Of a stretch of 12,950 nt of DNA, positions 6,802-12,950 are shown in pieces. How positions within the stretch are numbered: the first letter of the stretch is position 1; each line of letters begins with the position of its first letter. The notes beneath the pieces are model-generated. The model was not told the DNA's origin, ran no database searches, and saw nothing but the letters and a program-made list of their open reading frames with translations. The position numbers and the translations under genes are program-made. Source of the DNA: Okeania sp. (GTDB taxonomy: Bacteria; Cyanobacteriota; Cyanobacteriia; Cyanobacteriales; Microcoleaceae); contig NZ_JAYKGW010000204.1 in NCBI RefSeq assembly GCF_035285525.1, positions 1-12,950 of the forward strand. The letters are read 5' to 3'.

Positions 6802-7482
6802 TTACTCATTTTTACTACTAGGTAAACGAGGTAATGGTTTTCCGCCCGGTGGTAGCTGGAGAGTATTGGTATAGGAGGTTTCCTGTAATTGGATTTTATT
6901 TTGAATTTGATTATTGATTTCTGTTTTTAGCTGACTCTCGGAAATATTCTCCAATGTTTGTGGTTTAGTTGCTTTTGCTTTGGCCAGAAGATTCACTGCA
7001 TCTGCCAAAGCATTTGTTAAACTTTTACGAGTATCTGCATGATTAGTTTGTTCTTGTTGAAGAGCTGTAGTTAATTTTTGGACTTTTGCCAGAGCGCGAC
7101 CATGTTCCTGGCTCACTTCAATAATTTTGGCCTTAAACTCATCTATAGTTTGTAAATGTTTGATTTCCTGTTCAATATTTGTTGTAGTTTCATTTTTATC
7201 CCTATCAACGAAGGATAAACCTTGTAATTTCTGAACTTTGGTTTTCAAGTTATCAATAGTTTCTTGGTTTTGTTGTGTTTCATTTCTGCGTTGTTGAGCT
7301 TCAGTATTATATAGTTGGCGCCATTTAGAAGCATTATTTTGAGCTAAATCTAATTCTGTTTGTAGTTCGACTATTTTTTGTTGAAGGGCTTTGATTTCAT
7401 TTAACCATGGAGTTATATCCTGTGTCATATCATAATTATAGGTGATAGGGTGTTCATTTAATTGGGTTATTTTTCCCTGCAA
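6802..7482 (-). CDS. Q/N-rich coiled-coil protein, function unknown
   Basis: 226-aa ORF from a TTG at 7482. An in-frame ATG at 7428 (MTQDITPWLNE) is an alternative start. Composition is heptad-like and rich in Q, E, K and L (IKALQQKIVELQTELDLAQNN, KVQKLTTALQQEQ). I recognise no enzymatic motif. Confidence 0.6.
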   Translation of the reverse strand: MQGKITQLNEHPITYNYDMTQDITPWLNEIKALQQKIVELQTELDLAQNNASKWRQLYNTEAQQRRNETQQNQETIDNLKTKVQKLQGLSFVDRDKNETTTNIEQEIKHLQTIDEFKAKIIEVSQEHGRALAKVQKLTTALQQEQTNHADTRKSLTNALADAVNLLAKAKATKPQTLENISESQLKTEINNQIQNKIQLQETSYTNTLQLPPGGKPLPRLPSSKNE

Positions 7483-7937
7483 GATTACCTTGACAATTTT
7501 AAGTTAAAAATTGATTATAGGTTCCCAAAAAGTGTGAGGTACAAAATTCTAGGTTTGAGGGAATACTTAACTGGGAAAAAGAGAAAAAATAACTGTATTT
7601 CAGGACTTTGAGAAACGCTATAATATTAACTTAATTAAGTTAGGCTACATTACTTATTTTATACTGAAATGCCAAATAATTTAGTGAAATTATAATAGTG
7701 TCAACGTTTTGAAGTAAGCGTTCTATATTTAGGGGTCATATCTTCGATGCAGAATGCGCTCGTATTGAACTTTTGAATGGATTAAGTAAGCCTTTTTTAA
7801 GTTTTAATTTTTGACAAAAAAATAAGGTCTCAAGTTTCCTCTCAGTCTTTTAAGTCTCTGACAAAAGCTGGGAGGTACTGATAACTGAAATGACACTTTT
7901 TCTTAGACTGCTATATATTACTATTTAGCTAAAAGCT

Positions 7938-9110
7938 ATGAGCTTTTTCCATTTTCTACGTCACTTTAATTCTGTAACATTGCAGGAATTTTCCAATCGG
8001 AAAAATAGGCAGCGATTTTTAGATATATTAATTCCAATTTCCCAAAATACTTATAGATTATTATTAACGATCCTCAAGTCAATAATTAAATATATATTAA
8101 GACGAATAATTCGCTTTTTTCAGTTCATTTATTATCTTAATTTATCAACTATTAAAGAAGTATTTAATTGTGCAGCAAAACAGAGATTATCCGGTTTATC
8201 TGCGGAGATGGCATATCATGCAATGCTTGCTTTATTTCCGGCTTTATTAACAATAATTGCTGCCATTGGAATATTTGACTCTTTAAGTTTAACCCTGTTT
8301 CAAATGGGAGGTTTACTAATAGATATACTTCCCAATCAAATACGGTTTTTAATTAGCTGGGCTGTGGATGAAATTCAGAGTTCTCCTAACAAAGAAATAT
8401 TTTCTTTTAGTTTTATTGTATCAATTTGGATATTTTCTAGTGTGGTTAGTTCTGCAATGGCAGCCCTTGATGCAATTCATCAAGTTCCGATTGAGGAAAA
8501 ACGACCTTTTTGGAAAGCAAAATTAGTTTCTTTAGGGTTAACTATTGGCAGTCTAATACTATTAATTATTGCTTCTACTTTAGTGTTAGTTAGTGACTTA
8601 ATTGTAGACATAATTGCTCGTCAAAGTTGTCTATTAGAGACTCTGCCTAACTGCCCTCCAGATCAAGTTGCTATTTGTTTATTTCAAGAACCTATAGATA
8701 ATTGTATTTTAAAGTCACAATTATTAGAAACTTGGAGTCAATTAAGATGGCCGATTACTTTAGGAATAGTATCAACAGCTTTTGCTTTTGTTTATCGTTT
8801 TGGTCCGAGTTATAGAAAGAAAGGTACGCCGATTATGCCTGGTGCAATTATATCAGCATTAATGTGGGCGGGAGCCTCTAATTTATTTCGTTTATATGTT
8901 TTCCATTTTGGCTTTAGTTTTGAGAACTATAACCGAATTTATGGAACTATTGGTACTTTTATTATTTTGTTATTGTGGTTATATATTAGTTCATTTGTAG
9001 TGTTAATTGGGGCACAATTAAATGTAACAGTAGGGGAGGAAATGGTTAAAAAAAAGGAAGTTATGCCGTTTCACAGAATTAAAAAGTCAAAATTCAAAAG
9101 TCAAAAATAA
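7938..9110 (+). CDS. YihY/virulence factor BrkB family membrane protein
   Basis: 390 aa. Family-typical segments are LSGLSAEMAYHAMLALFPALL, RPFWKAKLVSLGLT, YRFGPS, PGAIISALMWAGASNLFRLYV and YGTIGTFIILLLWLYISSFVVLIGAQLN, with multiple TM helices. The N-terminal ~55 aa may overextend the true start. Confidence 0.85.
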   Translation: MSFFHFLRHFNSVTLQEFSNRKNRQRFLDILIPISQNTYRLLLTILKSIIKYILRRIIRFFQFIYYLNLSTIKEVFNCAAKQRLSGLSAEMAYHAMLALFPALLTIIAAIGIFDSLSLTLFQMGGLLIDILPNQIRFLISWAVDEIQSSPNKEIFSFSFIVSIWIFSSVVSSAMAALDAIHQVPIEEKRPFWKAKLVSLGLTIGSLILLIIASTLVLVSDLIVDIIARQSCLLETLPNCPPDQVAICLFQEPIDNCILKSQLLETWSQLRWPITLGIVSTAFAFVYRFGPSYRKKGTPIMPGAIISALMWAGASNLFRLYVFHFGFSFENYNRIYGTIGTFIILLLWLYISSFVVLIGAQLNVTVGEEMVKKKEVMPFHRIKKSKFKSQK

Positions 9111-9182
9111 GATTTTATAGCTCGAAATAAAGGAAGAAAAAAGAAGGAATAAGGAAGGAAAATAATGGCATAAAAATTGGAG

Positions 9183-9374
9183 TTACCGTGGTCTTTGTAA
9201 GAGGCTAATTACACCAGTGGTTATGGAGAGAAATATTAAAAATAAAAGCACTCCTCCTGGTAAAAATGCTAGAATTTTCCATCCTCTCAGAAGCCAGAAT
9301 ATTAGGGTAATAATAATAAGATTGCCACAAATGTAAGAAAAATGGGGAATGGTAAAGTTAGAGTTTTGGCTCAC
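9183..9374 (-). CDS. Small predicted 2-TM membrane protein (63 aa)
   Basis: GTG start at 9374 preceded by GAGG 8 nt upstream (ATGAGGTCAAATTCGTG). There are two hydrophobic segments (ICGNLIIITLIFWLL and ILAFLPGGVLLFLIFLSITTGVISLL). It sits 44 nt downstream of the 316-aa gene on the same strand. Confidence 0.4.
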   Translation of the reverse strand: MSQNSNFTIPHFSYICGNLIIITLIFWLLRGWKILAFLPGGVLLFLIFLSITTGVISLLQRPR

Positions 9375-9418
9375 GAATTTGACCTCATATTTATATTGAT
9401 TAATAACAAACGTTGTGA

Positions 9419-10369
9419 CTATTGTAGCTTAAGACCTATATAACCAACGATTATTTTTCCAGGTCTTAACTCTTCAGAAAGATAAAGTCGCCAAGCACCA
9501 GGAGTCATTCGTAGATGCCAACTAAAAAGACGTTCTTTATTATCAGGACATTTAATAGTTAGTTGTTGTCTAAACTGTTTAATTCTGGAGTCACTTTCTG
9601 GGGTAGTTTTGCTTGGTAATAAATTTGGATTAAAAGTTCCTGTTTGCCAAGTTTGAGAGTATTTTTCTAGTTCCAATAATCGTTTTTTTACCTGTTGCAA
9701 AATTGGGTTGCCAGTGTTGAGGTTTTTTAGCTGTTGCTCTACTTGTTCACAGAAGATTAAATTAGCGAAAAATTCTTGTCTCTTTTCCCATAGTTTTTCT
9801 CCATCAATTTGCTTATCAAATAGTTGATTTTCTATATGGTTTTTAATCCATTCTGTATGTTGTTTAACATGACTGATTCGACTAGCATGAACAATTTTTT
9901 CCGAGTATTCAGTTAACTCTCCATTTTTATCTAATTCTGTTATCTGAAGTTCCAGAAAATCTGTATCCCATTGTGTTTCGGATAACAAACTAACTGTAAA
10001 AGAATCACTAATTAAAGCCAAACGAATACCCTCTGCTAACTTTCCTTGATGCCGAACTTCAGACAAATCAAATTTATCTTTAATTTGTGGGAGAGCATCC
10101 TCACAAAAAGGAACTTTTAAAGTTAGACTGCGGAAAAATCTACGCTCCTCTAAATCTACTGTTTTGTCGTTACGCCAACTTGCTATAGGATAATTACAAA
10201 CAAGTTCTATATTGTTAATATTGCTGTGAGTCCGAAGTATAGGTTTGACACCTAAACTTTTTGCTTTACGTAAAGTTTGAATTAACTCTGACATTAATTT
10301 TTGCGCTGTAGAAATATCAGCAACATGAGTCTGTAGAGAAAGTTCATTAAGCACCATTTCTAAATCCAT
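9419..10369 (-). CDS. Unknown 316-aa protein, third gene of the DUF262/ATPase operon; C-terminus resembles RelE/ParE/YhaV-fold toxins
   Basis: The ATG at 10369 lies 2 nt after the ATPase stop (TAA-AT-ATG). I recognise no family for residues 1-260. The C-terminal SWHLRMTPGAWRLYLSEELRPGKIIVGYIGLKLQ has the G-x-(W/Y)-R-h-h-(F/Y) ... hydrophobic strand ... G pattern that ends RelE/ParE-superfamily toxins. Confidence 0.8.
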   Translation of the reverse strand: MDLEMVLNELSLQTHVADISTAQKLMSELIQTLRKAKSLGVKPILRTHSNINNIELVCNYPIASWRNDKTVDLEERRFFRSLTLKVPFCEDALPQIKDKFDLSEVRHQGKLAEGIRLALISDSFTVSLLSETQWDTDFLELQITELDKNGELTEYSEKIVHASRISHVKQHTEWIKNHIENQLFDKQIDGEKLWEKRQEFFANLIFCEQVEQQLKNLNTGNPILQQVKKRLLELEKYSQTWQTGTFNPNLLPSKTTPESDSRIKQFRQQLTIKCPDNKERLFSWHLRMTPGAWRLYLSEELRPGKIIVGYIGLKLQ

Positions 10370-10371
10370 AT

Positions 10372-11481
10372 TTATTCTTCCCTGGGTTCTAAAAGTGCTT
10401 CTAAACTATTATCCCATTCATCAAAAAAACCTTCTGGCCATTCATCTATTCGCCCGTTTCGATCTATCTGGGGGGATATTATTTTAGTTATAAATTCTGT
10501 TCCTTGTTTTCGGCGGTCAAAATAATGTAATTGAACTTTTTCAGGATTAAATTTTCCTTTATAAACTGTTAATCTAATTCCATTTAAAACATGGTCGCTA
10601 TGAGTTTCAACTACAATTTGTACCCCACAACTAGCAGCAAGAGCTAATAATTCTCCCATTTTTGCTTGACCTTTTGGATGAAGATGTGCTTCAGGATTTT
10701 CTATTATAATTAAACTGTCTGGAGGGGATGAAAGAATAGCTACAATAATTGGTAAAGTATAGCTAATTCCAAATCCAACATTAGTAGAACGATAAGGATT
10801 ACTATCTCCATAATAATATTGAAGACTAATTAAATCTATATCTTGTTTAGGGTTTATTTGTAGCCGCGTACCAGGACTAATTTCTCCCATCCAAGCTTCA
10901 ACTTGTTCTCTTAAAATTAGGGAGTCTGCTTGTGGATGCCTTAAGCTAATATTTGGTATATTTTGGTTTTCATTTACAAATAAAAAATGAGCTGTATATT
11001 CTCCTTTAGTGCCTAATTTTTCTAGTTCTTGAACTTGGAAATCTGACATTTCTAAAAATAAACGCGGACCTAAACGTTCTGCTTGCAGATAGTGGAAGTT
11101 TTTCTTAAAAAGACTAGATTTATAAATATCTGAAGTCACAGGTGGTGAGGCAAGATTTAGAACATCTTTTTCTCGGTTGTAAGAAAAATTCCAAATTCCC
11201 CGAGTCCCATTTTCCCAGACAATTTCAAAACTAATAAAATCATCTTTTGCTCCTTCAAATAAAGCATCTTGAGCAGTGCCTATAGAAACTAATTCACCAT
11301 TGAGTGCTAAACCTTGATTTTTTAATAGTCCTTGTTGATAAGATTGACGCATTAAAAGTAATGCTTGTAAGACAGAAGATTTGCCTGTACTATTTAGACC
11401 AGAAAGTAAGGTTAGCGGTCTAAATGATAGAAGCTGGTTGGCAAAAGGTTTAAAATTTTTTAGATGTACTGAACTAATCAT
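10372..11481 (-). CDS. DUF3696-type ABC-like (AAA_15/AAA_21 class) ATPase
   Basis: 369 aa. Motifs are Walker A LLSGLNSTGKSSVLQAL, a signature-like region NVGFGISYTLPIIVAIL, Walker B with its following motif LIIIENPEAHLHP, and an H-loop VVETHSDHVLN. The C-terminal GRIDEWPEGFFDEWD tail is typical of the DUF3696 family as I recall it. Its ATG lies inside the upstream gene's last codons, giving an 8-nt overlap (ATGATTAG). Confidence 0.88.
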   Translation of the reverse strand: MISSVHLKNFKPFANQLLSFRPLTLLSGLNSTGKSSVLQALLLMRQSYQQGLLKNQGLALNGELVSIGTAQDALFEGAKDDFISFEIVWENGTRGIWNFSYNREKDVLNLASPPVTSDIYKSSLFKKNFHYLQAERLGPRLFLEMSDFQVQELEKLGTKGEYTAHFLFVNENQNIPNISLRHPQADSLILREQVEAWMGEISPGTRLQINPKQDIDLISLQYYYGDSNPYRSTNVGFGISYTLPIIVAILSSPPDSLIIIENPEAHLHPKGQAKMGELLALAASCGVQIVVETHSDHVLNGIRLTVYKGKFNPEKVQLHYFDRRKQGTEFITKIISPQIDRNGRIDEWPEGFFDEWDNSLEALLEPREE

Positions 11482-12628
11482 TTATAACTTCTTTGATAAT
11501 TTTTTCAATAGTTTCAAAACGATATTCTATCTTATCTTGAGCTTGAGAGATAGACTGGGAAAATTTTCTGTCTTTATCTACATATTCAGTAAATTTATCT
11601 ACTAAGTTTCGCTTCTGTACTTTAAGTTTTTGAGTCTGTCGAGAATTAAGCTGACTAATGTGAAATGACCATGTTTCAAATAAGGCTTTATTAACTGGAA
11701 ATTTTCTTTGCTTCTTAGGTTTCCTAAAAGCTTCGTCACCAAATATTTCTTGACAAATAATCATAGCATTTTTGAACTTATCTTTAAGTTGTTTAATTTC
11801 CGAATCAGATAAATCATTAATTTTTTTCATAGCATTATCTAAAAATTCTTCTCTGCCATCTCTAGCGTAATCTTGATAAGAATCAGATGTAAGCATCACT
11901 GCTAAAGCACCTAGTACAAATTCCCGATCATCCATACGTTTGATTCGTGATTCACCGAGCTGAATAACATTAGTAAATTCTGGAGATTTAGCAAGTTCAG
12001 CTAATAATTTTAGGACTTTACCAGGATTAAGAGCATGACGTATTTCTTGAGGAGTTAAACGTTCTCCTCCTGTGTTAATACGTTTAAAAATATTATACTT
12101 AACTTTAGCTGGCGTACCTGATGAAATTAGATATATAGTAACTTGAGTTTCTTCAATACGACGCTGGTATTTACGGTCTAAATCTTTATAGATTGTGCCA
12201 TTAAGTTCATTGCCCAAATATTCTAAACCAGTTAACCGTAAATTATTACCAATGAACTGTTTTAAAGCTGAAAGTCTTTGCAAACCATCTACTACTAACC
12301 AGTTTTCTTCATTAGTTCCATCAATATAAAAAGCTGGTAAAGGAATCCTAATAATAATAGATTCAATCAATCGACTTTTAACCTCATCATTCCAGATATC
12401 AGAATGACGCTGAAAATCTGGAGCTAAATCAAGAGCTTTTTCATTTATTCTTCTCACTAACTGTTCAATTGTAGGTTCTCTAGTAATAATATTAATTTTC
12501 TCTGGATCGTAGATTAAATTATCTTTTTCATATACTTCCTCTTCATCATTTTCTTCCTCTTGATATTTGCTATAATTTTCTTTACTACTCATAGATTTTA
12601 CTCCCATTATTTGATTTTGATTATACAT
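11474..12628 (-). CDS. DUF262 (ParB/Srx-fold, GmrSD-N-like) domain protein without a recognisable nuclease domain
   Basis: 384 aa. The DUF262 signature reads LDLAPDFQRHSDIWNDEVKSRLIESIIIRIPLPAFYI...WLVVDGLQRLSALKQF (FQR...W...LI.SI...P.P...DGxQRL). The C-terminal ~220 aa look helical, and I could not find a DUF1524/HNH-type His-Me motif. In-frame alternative starts are M8 and M13; M13 at 12592 has GGGAG 8 nt upstream. Confidence 0.88.
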   Translation of the reverse strand: MYNQNQIMGVKSMSSKENYSKYQEEENDEEEVYEKDNLIYDPEKINIITREPTIEQLVRRINEKALDLAPDFQRHSDIWNDEVKSRLIESIIIRIPLPAFYIDGTNEENWLVVDGLQRLSALKQFIGNNLRLTGLEYLGNELNGTIYKDLDRKYQRRIEETQVTIYLISSGTPAKVKYNIFKRINTGGERLTPQEIRHALNPGKVLKLLAELAKSPEFTNVIQLGESRIKRMDDREFVLGALAVMLTSDSYQDYARDGREEFLDNAMKKINDLSDSEIKQLKDKFKNAMIICQEIFGDEAFRKPKKQRKFPVNKALFETWSFHISQLNSRQTQKLKVQKRNLVDKFTEYVDKDRKFSQSISQAQDKIEYRFETIEKIIKEVIND

Positions 12629-12665
12629 CTGAGATTAGAAGAAATTAATAACTTTATATTCAAAA

Positions 12666-12694
12666 TTGACAACTATTATAAATAAGTATATCAT
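12666..12694 (+). promoter_or_regulatory. Sigma70-like promoter candidate (TTGACA, 17-nt spacer, TATCAT) pointing away from the DUF262 operon
   Basis: TTGACA at 12666-12671 and TATCAT at 12689-12694 with a 17-nt spacer. It could drive the partial plus-strand ORF at 12867. The match is by sequence only, in very AT-rich DNA. Confidence 0.3.
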
Positions 12695-12866
12695 CAAATA
12701 CTGTACCTAATTTTTCCTATTTATATTGACCTTAGTTTATCAATTTATGGATATCAGCGCTCCCTAACCAAAAAATAATTATGACAAAAAGTTATGTGTA
12801 GATTATACTAATCAATTAATCCTCCTAATACTTATTTCTATTGTTAGAGAAAATTTTGAGGAAAAA

Positions 12867-12950
12867 ATGCTAAGCATTGAATTTGAAGACTATTTATGTT
12901 TAGATAAATTATCAATGTCTGAATTAGAGCGATCGCTTACTAAAAAAAAT
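12867..12950 (+). CDS. Possible 5' end of a plus-strand gene running off the window (first 28 codons: MLSIEFEDYLCLDKLSMSELERSLTKKN)
   Basis: The ATG at 12867 is preceded by GAGGAAAAA (SD-like). The frame stays open to the window end. It is too short to classify. Confidence 0.3.
   Translation, partial: MLSIEFEDYLCLDKLSMSELERSLTKKN

Noticed and set aside
7483-7937. Small RNA or tRNA in the 455-bp divergent intergenic region
   Set aside because: I saw two plus-strand TATAAT hexamers (7619-7624 and 7691-7696). There are no convincing -35 elements, no cloverleaf and no stem plus T-run terminator, so nothing supports an RNA gene call.
11381-11605. 74-aa plus-strand ORF
   Set aside because: It is entirely antisense to the overlap region of the DUF262 and ATPase genes, both of which have strong motif support. 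Its composition is AT-driven (FFDNFFNSFKTIFYLIL).

Overview
AT-rich cyanobacterial DNA; GC content was judged by eye, not computed. The cyanobacterial call rests on HIP1 octamers (GCGATCGC) at 2287-2294, 6171-6178 and 12929-12936, CAGTTAT heptamer repeats, and clear desA and thrC orthologues. The centre (3099-9110) is ordinary chromosomal housekeeping: delta-12 acyl-lipid desaturase desA (-), a small coiled-coil ORF (-), threonine synthase thrC (+), a Q-rich coiled-coil protein (-) and a YihY/BrkB-family membrane protein (+). Both flanks look accessory. The left flank (1-2780) is an atypical partition-like module. It holds a ParA/Soj ATPase fused to an N-terminal HsdR_N-type PD-(D/E)xK domain. 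This is translationally coupled to a degenerate ParB-N-domain protein with a ComEA-like helix-hairpin-helix tail. Directly downstream lie at least 12.6 tandem 45/46-bp repeats in two subfamilies, which run off the window edge and resemble sopC. The right flank (9183-12628) is the strongest candidate for an undescribed system. It is a tightly coupled minus-strand operon of a DUF262 (ParB/Srx-fold) protein with no recognisable nuclease domain, a DUF3696-type ABC-like ATPase, and a 316-aa protein with no family I recognise whose C-terminus looks RelE/ParE/YhaV-like. A small 2-TM ORF may belong to the same operon. Other oddities are a 94-nt uninterrupted homopurine tract abutting the thrC stop codon, a GC-rich 143-bp element with inverted-repeat ends, a strong terminator hairpin about 55 bp upstream of desA, and a hairpin-plus-heptamer module upstream of two unrelated genes. 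All family assignments come from motif recognition by eye; no searches were run.
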